Source: Pelagomonas calceolata
Taxonomy: Eukaryota
Reading direction: 5' to 3'
DNA length: 64,000 nt
Assembly (NCBI GenBank): GCA_918797485.1
Contig: CAKKNE010000001.1
Span: 3,596,001-3,660,000 of the forward strand
Under the pieces are notes generated by a model. That model had not been told where the DNA came from, ran no database searches, and saw nothing but the letters and a program-made list of their open reading frames with translations. This document shows, one piece after another, positions 9,468 to 18,614 of the stretch (its first letter is position 1; every line of letters starts with the position of its first letter). Position numbers and translations under genes: made by a program.

Positions 9468-11417
9468 ATGCCTTCGATCGAGGAGCTGGAAGCACGCGCT
9501 GAATGTAAAGTGACGCGGCCCAAGAATTATAAGGAGGCCGACGACGCGGACATCCGCGTGCTGTTCCCCGAGGTCATGAAGAACTGCGGCGACAAGCTCG
9601 CCGAATGTATGTGCGAGGACCACCAGAAGGTCGCCGCACTGGCGGCCACGTGCGTCGGCGCGTCGGACGCGTCGAACTCGTGGCTGCTGCTCGGGCACCA
9701 CAACACGGTCGAGCGCCCGTTCGAGCGTTTTTTTGCCAAGCGCTTCACCGAGGTCCCTTTTTCGCTCTTCGCGGCGGAACGCGACGCCTATTGCCGGCGG
9801 TGGTTGGCCCGCGCGGCAGCGGGCGACGTTACGGCGATTCGCTTAGTGGCGAGGCTCTATCTCGGCCACAAGCAGTGCGCGTGCGAGGCCTCGCAGCAGG
9901 TGATGGCCGCGTGTGGCGAGGACGAAGAGGAGTGCCTCGAAATCTACCGCAACCTCGTCGACACCTTGGGAACCACCATCGTGAACGTCTACGGCGAGGA
10001 GGTCGGCTACGTGCACGTCGGCCTGCTCGAGTTGCTGGCCGGCGACACCGTTCCTCCGAGATGCAGCCAGGCCAAGTCAGAGGCCAGAAACCCCTCGTTC
10101 CCCCACGTGGCCTGGGCCAAGGTGGCGGCCGACCGCAACGCCTTCGCGAAAGAGGTCAATACGGCCGACATCGCGCCCGAGCGGTTGGCGCAGTTCCGGG
10201 TGTCCTATGACACGCCGCTCAGCTCGCTCGTGAAAGTCCTCTCCGTGGCCTGGATCGATGGCAAGCGCACGATCATCGGCTGCGTCGGCGGCGAGCGCAT
10301 CGTCGCCATCCTCCACGCGCACTGTGGTCTCTACAAGGCCCGCGACGAGGCCATCGACCTCTCGAGCGTGGCGGCCTTCGACAAGACGTACGGCCCCATC
10401 CTCGTGCGCACGATGGACAAGGACTCCACGTTACGCTACGGCACCTCGCTTGGATACGAGTTCTCGCCGCCGCACCGCCTCCTCGCCGCGGCCGTCGGTG
10501 CCAAGAACCGCGAAGACTTCAAGGCCGGAACTGACGAGGCGCTCGACCCGAAACTAGTCGACTGCAACGGGTTTCCGGACTGCGAGTCGGCGCTTCGTTT
10601 CTGGCTGTTACAGTTGAGACTGCGGAAGATGCTGAACACGCCGAACGCCGTCCCGGGCAACTTACGTGCGGCCGTCCTGGCGTATTCCAAGCTCGACATT
10701 AAGTGGGCCACAAGCAAAATCGACGGTGTTACCGTCCGCCCGCTCCTCGACTACAAGAACAGCAAGAAAATTAAACAACAAGGCGGATCCGCCGACGCGC
10801 AGAAGGCGGCCGACTTCATCGAGTGCCAGTACTTGCTGTCGAACGTGGACGCGTACAGCGAGGCCTTACCATTGGCGCTGCGGGCGGCGACGTACCTCGA
10901 AGACGCCTCGGAGGGGCGCTACGACATCACCGAGGACGACCTCAAGGCCTACATCGCGGAGCGCCAGCTCGACGCGGACCGGGCCATGTTCGACTTCGAG
11001 CGCGAGAACATTCTGGGGCGGTCGCCGCGCCTGCGTCTCGCGGCGCTGCTGCGGTATTCGTCGATTCTCACGAAGGTCCAGCTGGAAGATCTCGTGAAAG
11101 ACGTCGAGTGCCTCGAGCGGACCTGGTCTGGGGCGAAGAAAAAAGGTCATAATGACGCCCCCAGCGTTAGTGCGAAGGTCCAGGCCCAGCTCCGTGCGGC
11201 GCTCGCCGAGCTCCCGGAGTCGGATCCGCCCGACCCCAACTGCCCCGTCGGCGCGCGCGTCAAGGTCGAGTTCGATGAGGACGACGCGGCCCCCGAGTTC
11301 GGCTACATCGTCGAATGCCGCGACGACAAGTACTACATCGTCTTCGACGACTACGACGCCGATGACTGGTACGAGCTCGACGAGGGCGGCCTCACGGTCC
11401 TGGGGGCCTCTGAGTGA
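9468..11417 (+). CDS. Hypothetical protein with C-terminal Tudor/SH3-like barrel
   Basis: 649 aa; C-terminus PVGARVKVEF..FGYIVE..KYYIVFDDYD..WY resembles a Tudor-like domain; one possible Sel1-like repeat. Confidence 0.6.
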   Translation: MPSIEELEARAECKVTRPKNYKEADDADIRVLFPEVMKNCGDKLAECMCEDHQKVAALAATCVGASDASNSWLLLGHHNTVERPFERFFAKRFTEVPFSLFAAERDAYCRRWLARAAAGDVTAIRLVARLYLGHKQCACEASQQVMAACGEDEEECLEIYRNLVDTLGTTIVNVYGEEVGYVHVGLLELLAGDTVPPRCSQAKSEARNPSFPHVAWAKVAADRNAFAKEVNTADIAPERLAQFRVSYDTPLSSLVKVLSVAWIDGKRTIIGCVGGERIVAILHAHCGLYKARDEAIDLSSVAAFDKTYGPILVRTMDKDSTLRYGTSLGYEFSPPHRLLAAAVGAKNREDFKAGTDEALDPKLVDCNGFPDCESALRFWLLQLRLRKMLNTPNAVPGNLRAAVLAYSKLDIKWATSKIDGVTVRPLLDYKNSKKIKQQGGSADAQKAADFIECQYLLSNVDAYSEALPLALRAATYLEDASEGRYDITEDDLKAYIAERQLDADRAMFDFERENILGRSPRLRLAALLRYSSILTKVQLEDLVKDVECLERTWSGAKKKGHNDAPSVSAKVQAQLRAALAELPESDPPDPNCPVGARVKVEFDEDDAAPEFGYIVECRDDKYYIVFDDYDADDWYELDEGGLTVLGASE

Positions 11418-11489
11418 GTATTGGCGGTTTTCGCCAATGGAATCAAGACTCCGAGTCGGACGTCTACATCGAGCCGTTGGCTAGTTTCC

Positions 11490-13169
11490 TTAAAAACACA
11501 ACATTAGAATCGCCGCGGCGGCCCGTTCGAGAGCCTCGGGCGCGACGGGAAATGTCGGCGCCCCTTCTTCGTCGCTGGCCGTCGCGTAGAGTCGCGTCGA
11601 CGGGCGTCCGCGCCCGCGCTTTGGCGTCGGCGCCGGCGCCGCGGCGTAGAGCGCCCCACCCCGCTTCGTCGTCGCCGCCGGCGCAGGCGCCGCCGACGCC
11701 TCGCGCAAAAGCGTCAGGTCGTCGTGCGCCGCCAGGAAGGTGCTAATGTCGTCGCAGAGCACGCCCATGGGCGAATCCGGCGCCGCGTTGCGGAACGCGT
11801 CGGTCGCCGGGTCGTCGAGGCGCGACCGGCCCACGAGCAGGCCGTGGACGCGGAGCCCGCGCGCCGCGCGGAGCCGGTCCAGCGCGGACAACGTCCCCTC
11901 ATCCGCCGGCGGGTCGAGGAGCTCGCCGTCGGACACGAGCAAAATGTCCGCGTCGGCGAGCTCCGAGCTGCCCTCCTCGCCGCGCTCGATCGCCGCGACG
12001 GCCCGGCGGAGCGGACCGACGACGTCGGTGCCGCCGCCGAAGCCCCGCTCGAGGAAGTCCAGCAGCCGGTCGACGTCCGCCGCCGTCGCTCCGACGCCCG
12101 GACACCGGACCTCGGCCAACTCGTCCGCCGCGCCGAAGGCCAGCACCAATCCGCTTCGCTTCTGCGCCGCCGCCACGCGGCACGCCGCCAGCGCGACCGC
12201 CTTCGCCACCGCCTCCCGGCCGCCGGCCATGGAGTAGGACGTGTCCACGCAGACGACGAGCGGCCCGCGCCGGCCGCGCGGCAGCACGGCGCGCCTCCTG
12301 GCAAAAACTGACCGCGCCTCGTCCAACCCGGCCGGCGCCGCCTCGACGAGCGTCCGCGACGCGTACTTCGCGCGGAAGAGCCGCTCGGCGTCGCCGTCGG
12401 CGACGAGCAGCAGCCGATCGTGGGCTGCTAAACTGGCGACATCACGTCCGAGCGTCGCGCCGTCGACGCCGTCGCGGGCGCCCGAAGACGCGTCGCAGGC
12501 GCCCACCGAACCCGCGGAGGACGGCCGCCGCGTCGAGCCCTGGCGCGGCCGGCCGTCCTCCGCCGTCGTGCGCCGGCCCAGCGACTCGAGGAGCGGGACG
12601 AGCTCGCGGATGTCCCGCAGCTTCTTCGCCAACGCGTCGAGCGTGGCGAAGCTGCCGGCGCGGCGCGCGAACCTGCCGCGGCTACCTTGTGACGCCGCGG
12701 TGCCCATCCAGGCCGCGATCTCGTCGTCCAGCAACGCGTCGATGACGGGCCCCGCGGCATCGCCGTAGACGGCCTCGACGGCGCTGACTGCGGCGACCGT
12801 CGGCGCCAGGGGTGGCTCTACGTGCTCTTCGTCTGTTGTTGTCGTGGCAGCATCAATGAGGGCCAGCAAAGCAAGATCGGCCAGTCGATGGTGTCTCCCA
12901 ACCACGCGCGCGACGGGCCCGAATGCTACGAGGCACGCCGCGCGCGTCGGCTTGTCGGGCCACGTCACCTCGTCGAGCGTTTCGTCGGGGACGCGTCCTT
13001 CCAGGAAGCACTGCCGCCAGAGCGCTGCGCCGCTCACGGCATTTTGCAGCGTGTCTAGCGTAGCACGCTTCGCTATCGATTGTTGAACTGCTGGCGCCAG
13101 TGCTTGCAGGCTGAGCGTTTGCAGTGCGGAGCAGCACGTGAGCAGGAGCGCGCGCATGAGTGCACGCAT
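11490..13169 (-). CDS. viaA: ViaA-like VWA-domain protein with signal/transit leader
   Basis: RGPLVVCVDTSYSM (MIDAS), AKAVALA, FLERGFGGGTD, ADILLVSDGE match ViaA; hydrophobic leader MRALLLTCCSA; ATG 13169 or 13157. Confidence 0.85.
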   Translation of the reverse strand: MRALMRALLLTCCSALQTLSLQALAPAVQQSIAKRATLDTLQNAVSGAALWRQCFLEGRVPDETLDEVTWPDKPTRAACLVAFGPVARVVGRHHRLADLALLALIDAATTTTDEEHVEPPLAPTVAAVSAVEAVYGDAAGPVIDALLDDEIAAWMGTAASQGSRGRFARRAGSFATLDALAKKLRDIRELVPLLESLGRRTTAEDGRPRQGSTRRPSSAGSVGACDASSGARDGVDGATLGRDVASLAAHDRLLLVADGDAERLFRAKYASRTLVEAAPAGLDEARSVFARRRAVLPRGRRGPLVVCVDTSYSMAGGREAVAKAVALAACRVAAAQKRSGLVLAFGAADELAEVRCPGVGATAADVDRLLDFLERGFGGGTDVVGPLRRAVAAIERGEEGSSELADADILLVSDGELLDPPADEGTLSALDRLRAARGLRVHGLLVGRSRLDDPATDAFRNAAPDSPMGVLCDDISTFLAAHDDLTLLREASAAPAPAATTKRGGALYAAAPAPTPKRGRGRPSTRLYATASDEEGAPTFPVAPEALERAAAAILMLCF

Positions 13170-13254
13170 GAGTGCTAGCTCCAATTAGTCTGCCTCTGAG
13201 GTATATCGATGTGGACTGCCACGATGCCACGATTGCAGCAGCCTGCACGCTGAG

Positions 13255-13274
13255 CTAGCGGCGTAAGACACTAG
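13255..13274 (+). promoter_or_regulatory. CTAG-bracketed intergenic motif
   Basis: CTAGCGGCGTAAGACACTAG upstream of viaA. Confidence 0.6.
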
Positions 13275-13519
13275 GAAGCAAGCCAGTTCCACATCCTGAT
13301 GGGGGGCGTCCCAAAAAAAAGGGGGGGGCGTGCGAGTCCATGCGACTCAGCCCTTGCGTCCTAGTCCAGCCGGACGGGTGGGCCCGGGGGGAGCGGGAGG
13401 GGTACGGGGAACCCTGCGACGTAACTAGCCTCAGCCTCAGCAAGCTGGTCGTAGCACCGTAAAAACGTGGCGAGACAAGCAGCGGATTGTTTGCGAGTCG
13501 TAGTCATTATCAACAACAG

Positions 13520-16500
13520 TTAGGAATCCTCCCCCTCGGCGTCGACGTCGACGCGCCGCCACACCGTCCCCCGCGCGTGCAGCGAGAGCTTGTATTTGGG
13601 ATGGACGTGCTTGGGCCGCCGGTCCGTCTCATCCACGCGCTCGAAGGCGTTCTCCTGGTCGCCGGCGAGGCGCACGAGCGACCGCAGCTCGGCGTAGACG
13701 TGGTACGCCGGAAGCGAGGTCGACGACCGGCGCTTTTTCTTCTTGTCCGGGAACGGGCCGCGGAGCGACGCCACGATGCAGCGGTCGCCGGCGCCGTCGA
13801 CCTCGAGGGTCGTGTCCTTCTGCCAGATGATCTCAACCGTGTCGCCCTCGGCGGGAAACATGGCGGCGAGCTCGGCGCCGGTGGGCGACGCCGGCGGCGC
13901 GCGCTCGGCGAGCGAGAACCTCGTCGGCTCCGGCGCCGGTATCGGCGCCGGCGAGAAGAAGGGCTCGCGGGGCGCCGGCTTCGGCGAGAAGTGCTCGCGG
14001 ACGGATGCGGGCGGCGCGGGCGCCGGCTTCGGCGCCGGGGCCCGCCGCGGCGCGCGGCCGCTCTCCTCCGTCACGACGGAGGCGGTGCCGTCGGCCTCGG
14101 GCGCGGGCGCCATGGCCGCGTCGTCCTGCGTCTCGTCCAGCACGATGATCTCGGCCGCCGCCGGCGCTCGCCGTCCCGACGTCGTGACGCGGTTCGCCGC
14201 CCGAGACGGCGTCGGCCAGCCGTTGTCGTCGTCGTCGTCGTCGTCGTCCTCGTCGTCCCGGGGGCGCTTCCCCGCGGGCTTGGGCGTTGGCCGCGACGCC
14301 GGCGCCCTCTCTAACCACTCGTCGTCGTCGTCGTCGTCTGGCCGCGGCGAAGGCTTGGTAGGCTGCGGCGACGGAGCCGGCGCGGGCTGCCGACCGACCA
14401 CGTCCCAGGCCGCCGGCGGCGGCGCTGCGCAGACCGCGAGGTGCCGCCTGAGCGCCGGCAGGTTGCGCTCCGAACTACCGCAGCGGTGGCACGCGAGCGC
14501 CTCGTCGTTGGAGCCTCTCAGCGCGTCCGCGAGCGCGCCGTTCTCAATCGCCCGTTCCACGACCGACGCGTCGACGAAGCGGTCCGTCGCGAACGAGAGG
14601 AAGTGCTTCTTTTGCTTGATGAATTCCGAGTCGAGGTCGACGGAAATGACGTGGACGTGGAGGGGCTCGAGCGACGGCCGCGCGTGGTAGCCGACGCGGC
14701 AGGGCGTCCCCAGCGCTTCCGCCGCCGCGCGGCAGAACGCGTGCAACTTTTGGAGAGCGGGCAGGTGCTCGCGGCGGAGGTCGCGGACGCTCGCCACACG
14801 ACTTAGAGCCGTCCCGGGCGCCGCGAGCCCGAGCAGGTGCCGCCGCGCCTTCGGGTAGCCGTCGTAGACTAAACGGCCGTCGCGACTCGAGGCGTAGGCG
14901 AGGCTCGCGTGCGGCGGCCGCAGCGCGCGCTTCCAGTCATGTGATCGCGGCGGCACGCCGGGGAACGCGTAGGCCGGGAAGGCGACCGCATCTTCATCAT
15001 CATCTGACGAGTCCGAGAGGATGTCGCGCTTCTTTTTACGTCGCTTCGGCGCGGGCGCCTCGGGCTGGGTCTCGTCGACCGCGATGACGTCGGGCGGCGC
15101 CGGCGCCGGCGCTACAGCGGGCTCGGGCTCGGGCGGCGGCGCCAGCGCTGCGGGTGCGGGCGCCGGCGCTGCGGGTGCTGGCGGCGGCGCCGGTGCGGGC
15201 GCCGCCGCGCGGCGCACGGCCCTCTGTTTAGCGAGCCGGCGCCGCTGGGCCACGGGCAGGAGCGCGTCGAGCCGCGTGAGTACGTCGCGGAACCAGGCCG
15301 GCGTGCAGGCGAGCCGCTCCCAGAACGCCACGAAGAAGACGACGCGGCCGTGGTCGATGCTCGGTAGCACGAGGTCGCCGCGCGCCTCGGACCGGTCGCA
15401 GACGAGCTCGAGGGCGCGGCGCCACATGCCCAGCGGCCCGCGCTCGAGCAGCACCGGCGCGAGCTCCTCCGTGACGCACGTCTCGGGCGGCGGCTCGCTC
15501 GCGCCGCAGAGTTCCGTCGGGAAGGCCCACCAGGCCCAGTGGGACCGCTTCTCGCCGTGGGCCTCGAGCTCCTCCACGATCCGCGGCAGCTCCGCCGCCT
15601 GGCGCTCGAGGAGCGCGCGGAGGCGCGGGTCCTCGATGTCCGCGAAGGGGTCCTCGTCCGTGTACGTCTCCGGGTACGTCTCCGCGGGCCACGGCGCCGG
15701 CGCCGGGGCCGCCTCGTCCTGCTGCGTCCAATCGAAGGGCGCGCGCGGCTCCGGCGCCGGAAACGCGTCCTCGCCCTGCGTCTGCGAGTCCAGGGCGACG
15801 ACCTCGAAGGGCGGCAGCTCCGCGCTCGGAGTCCGCGGCTCCGGCGCCGGGAACTCGTCCGGCGGTGGAGCGGCCTCGTTTTGCGTCTGCGAGTCGACGG
15901 GCACGAGCTCGAAGGGCGGCAGCTGAGGCTCGGGCGCCGGGAAGTCGCGCGGCGGCGCGAGCTCGTCCTGCGTCTGCGTGTCAACGTAGTCGAGGCCGAA
16001 CTCGACTTGATCCGAGGCCACGCGCGGCGCGGGCGCGGGGAAGTCCGCGGGCGCCGGCGCCGGCACTGCGACAGGCTCAAAGGCCGGCGACTCCTCCATC
16101 CCAGAAGCAGGGTGCCGCCCTTCGAAGAACTCGACCTCGGTGTGAAACGCGAGGCCGTTCGCCTCGGCGAAGCGCCGGTCGTCGCGCTCCCTGCCGCCGC
16201 CGCCGCCGAGGTCGCCGACGTACGTGTGGGCTTCACCTGTAACACCGAGCGCCTTTTGGACCGCGCGCCACATGCCCGTCGGCGCGTTTGGGCCTCTTTT
16301 ATGGCAGTCGCCTTCTTTATTTGTTAAAGCGATCACAACCAACAAAGGAATGTCCTCACCTAGCGATTCGGCGAAGGCCTCGAGCCGCCGCAGCTTGGCG
16401 CCTAAATGCGCGGCGCGCTTCTCCGCTTGCCAGTTCGCCGTATGTGCTATTGATTCGTTCGTCGCTATATATAAAGCGGCGCCGGAGTCGTGGAGGCGCC

Positions 16501-17983
16501 TTAGCACCTCGACCTGGTGCGCGTAGCGCTCGACGTGGGCGACGTGCTTGGAACCGTGCGTCCTTACTGACAACGTCCCGTCAAAATCAAAACCGTAGGT
16601 CACGGTCGCCTGTCGAGGCGCCCCGTGGAATTGACAACCCATGAGCTGGCCGTCTGAGGAAGCGCGCCACGGGTCCTGTAGTGCGATACCGAGGGCCTCG
16701 TCTTGCGTGAGCGGCCACCGCGAATCATCGCTGGGAGCGTCGGGGTCGACGAGCTCGAACTCGGGAGGTGGAGGGGCCGTGTGCGTCACGACGGGGATGT
16801 CCCTGGTCCTGATCTCCGCGCGCATGGCGGCCTCATCTAGCATCCGTCGTCCCGCGGCGGTCGCCGCGCGGAAGGCCGCCGTCTTTTCGATGACCATGGC
16901 GCCGTCTGAACTCAGATCGCCACACACAACAAACTCCGCGCTCTCGACCTTGTCAATAATGGAAGCGCCGGCGTCGGCGACCTCGTTTCGTATGGAATCG
17001 GATACGTCTCCAATAAAGGCGACGCGCACGTCGCGCAGAGGTTGCCGGGAAGGTATGTCCGCGACGACGCGCGCGGACTCGTAGGGCGCGGCGACGACCT
17101 TGACGACGACCGACCGCGCTCGACACGAGCCGTGGCCCCCGAACTCGCGGCCCGCGGCCTTCATCTTGCCCGTCTCCTGCGCGAGGTCGTCGCCCCGCCC
17201 GTTCGCGCGATATAACGAGACGTGGTACTGCTTGCTGTTCTTGAGCTTGACGGTGGATGGCATCTCGAGGTCGCAGGCCAGGTCGTATAACGGCGCCGCC
17301 TCTTCCATTCCAAACCCGAGCGCGAGGCAGCGGTCCCAGGGCTTCGGCGGACCGTACTGGATGCGCGATAATGTTGGTACGGACGACCTTAATCTAATTT
17401 GTGAGGCCTCGCGTCCCGTACATCTACCTTCAGCTAATGTAATATGGAGGTGCTCCTCGGGGAAGCGGCACTGTTCTCTCACTTCTTCGGCGCAGGCGTC
17501 TCCGACAACCCTTCGGTACTCGACCGCATCGCTATCACCCCGATCGACCATCAACAGTACACAAAACCGCTGTTCTTCGTCCTGGGACATCGGCGTCTCC
17601 ACTGAACACGCGAGCTCCTGCGAGTCCGGCACGGCCCACTCATGATCTTGGATCGAGGCGAGGGGGCCCTGGGCGCCGTTCGCCAGGGACGACGCGAGCC
17701 AGGCCTCGTGCACGAGTGATGCCCTCGGACAGTCTTGATGCACGCGAAACGCGAGCGGCGGGTCCGGGCCCACGCAGCTGATCACATAAGATGCATCTGT
17801 ATGAGCTTCCAGCGCCCCTTGCATGCACTGGCCCCTTTGCAGTGCTACAAACGACGCGGTCCCGACCTTCGTCTCCCACAGAGCTCTTTGCGGCTTCGCG
17901 GCGCCTATCACCACAATTTTCAGAGAGGCGAAGCGCGGCTGGCCCTGTTTCGGCGCGTCGGCCTTCTTCTTCTTCTTCGCCAT
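13520..17983 (-). CDS. Multidomain nucleic-acid end-processing protein (BRCT, 2H phosphoesterase, BRCT, PNK 3'-phosphatase, SQ/TQ repeats, DUF1810-like, aprataxin HIT-ZnF)
   Basis: HLHITL/YHVSLY; FDFDGTL, ATNE, PTGMW, YVGD..DRRFA; KRSHWAWWAFP; DGYPKARRH, GYHARPSLEPLHVHVIS, KKHFLSF, CHRC..HLAVC. Confidence 0.8.
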   Translation of the reverse strand: MAKKKKKADAPKQGQPRFASLKIVVIGAAKPQRALWETKVGTASFVALQRGQCMQGALEAHTDASYVISCVGPDPPLAFRVHQDCPRASLVHEAWLASSLANGAQGPLASIQDHEWAVPDSQELACSVETPMSQDEEQRFCVLLMVDRGDSDAVEYRRVVGDACAEEVREQCRFPEEHLHITLAEGRCTGREASQIRLRSSVPTLSRIQYGPPKPWDRCLALGFGMEEAAPLYDLACDLEMPSTVKLKNSKQYHVSLYRANGRGDDLAQETGKMKAAGREFGGHGSCRARSVVVKVVAAPYESARVVADIPSRQPLRDVRVAFIGDVSDSIRNEVADAGASIIDKVESAEFVVCGDLSSDGAMVIEKTAAFRAATAAGRRMLDEAAMRAEIRTRDIPVVTHTAPPPPEFELVDPDAPSDDSRWPLTQDEALGIALQDPWRASSDGQLMGCQFHGAPRQATVTYGFDFDGTLSVRTHGSKHVAHVERYAHQVEVLRRLHDSGAALYIATNESIAHTANWQAEKRAAHLGAKLRRLEAFAESLGEDIPLLVVIALTNKEGDCHKRGPNAPTGMWRAVQKALGVTGEAHTYVGDLGGGGGRERDDRRFAEANGLAFHTEVEFFEGRHPASGMEESPAFEPVAVPAPAPADFPAPAPRVASDQVEFGLDYVDTQTQDELAPPRDFPAPEPQLPPFELVPVDSQTQNEAAPPPDEFPAPEPRTPSAELPPFEVVALDSQTQGEDAFPAPEPRAPFDWTQQDEAAPAPAPWPAETYPETYTDEDPFADIEDPRLRALLERQAAELPRIVEELEAHGEKRSHWAWWAFPTELCGASEPPPETCVTEELAPVLLERGPLGMWRRALELVCDRSEARGDLVLPSIDHGRVVFFVAFWERLACTPAWFRDVLTRLDALLPVAQRRRLAKQRAVRRAAAPAPAPPPAPAAPAPAPAALAPPPEPEPAVAPAPAPPDVIAVDETQPEAPAPKRRKKKRDILSDSSDDDEDAVAFPAYAFPGVPPRSHDWKRALRPPHASLAYASSRDGRLVYDGYPKARRHLLGLAAPGTALSRVASVRDLRREHLPALQKLHAFCRAAAEALGTPCRVGYHARPSLEPLHVHVISVDLDSEFIKQKKHFLSFATDRFVDASVVERAIENGALADALRGSNDEALACHRCGSSERNLPALRRHLAVCAAPPPAAWDVVGRQPAPAPSPQPTKPSPRPDDDDDDEWLERAPASRPTPKPAGKRPRDDEDDDDDDDDNGWPTPSRAANRVTTSGRRAPAAAEIIVLDETQDDAAMAPAPEADGTASVVTEESGRAPRRAPAPKPAPAPPASVREHFSPKPAPREPFFSPAPIPAPEPTRFSLAERAPPASPTGAELAAMFPAEGDTVEIIWQKDTTLEVDGAGDRCIVASLRGPFPDKKKKRRSSTSLPAYHVYAELRSLVRLAGDQENAFERVDETDRRPKHVHPKYKLSLHARGTVWRRVDVDAEGEDS

Positions 17984-18384
17984 GGCGTTCGGCGCGCGGC
18001 GTCCGCGTCCGCGCCGGCGTTTTTAGCTGTGCTTCGCTGGCGCTGCTGAGAGCTGCTGGGCGACGCAGCGTTTTTTGGCGGCTCCTCGGTGACCACGGCC
18101 GTACGCGCGCGCCGCGTCTAGTGTCTCCGCAGCGGTGTTTGGCAGCCGTGCGCGTTCCCCGCGGCTCGTTTTCACGCGGCCGCGCAAGCAGGCCACTAAT
18201 GACAGCGTCACTGGACCGCTGCGACGCTCAGCGGGCCGCGCGTCGCGCCGCGAGCGCACAGACCAAAGCGGAGCAAAATCGATTCACGAGGAGGTTCGCG
18301 ACCCCCTATTTGAAAAGTCAGGCGAGACTTCTTCGTCTGCAATGGCACTGGAACTCTCCCACCGCAAGAAGGCTTCCGCGGACG

Positions 18385-18405
18385 CTAGCGGTGTTAAGAC
18401 ACTAG
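18385..18405 (+). promoter_or_regulatory. CTAG-bracketed intergenic motif
   Basis: CTAGCGGTGTTAAGACACTAG between the divergent repair gene and MCM6. Confidence 0.6.
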
Positions 18406-18614
18406 CAAAAGCAAAGCAAGGCGGCGCCGCCGTCCAAAGCGCCACTGTGGCCTCATCGCTGCACGCCGACGCCCGTCTGCACTCATTTGTGATCAGTAGT
18501 CACCCACGCATCACTGCTGAGGCAACGGAGGCCGCGCGCCAGCCACAGGAGAGGGCAGGCCTCTTGCAGCACCGCAGCGAGAAACGCCGCGACGCCTCTG
18601 CGCAGCCGTAAGCC

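Noticed and set aside
7018..11417. Orphan ORFs as transposase, Fanzor/TnpB or viral genes
   Set aside because: No DDE, RuvC, HUH, RT or capsid motifs were recognisable by eye.
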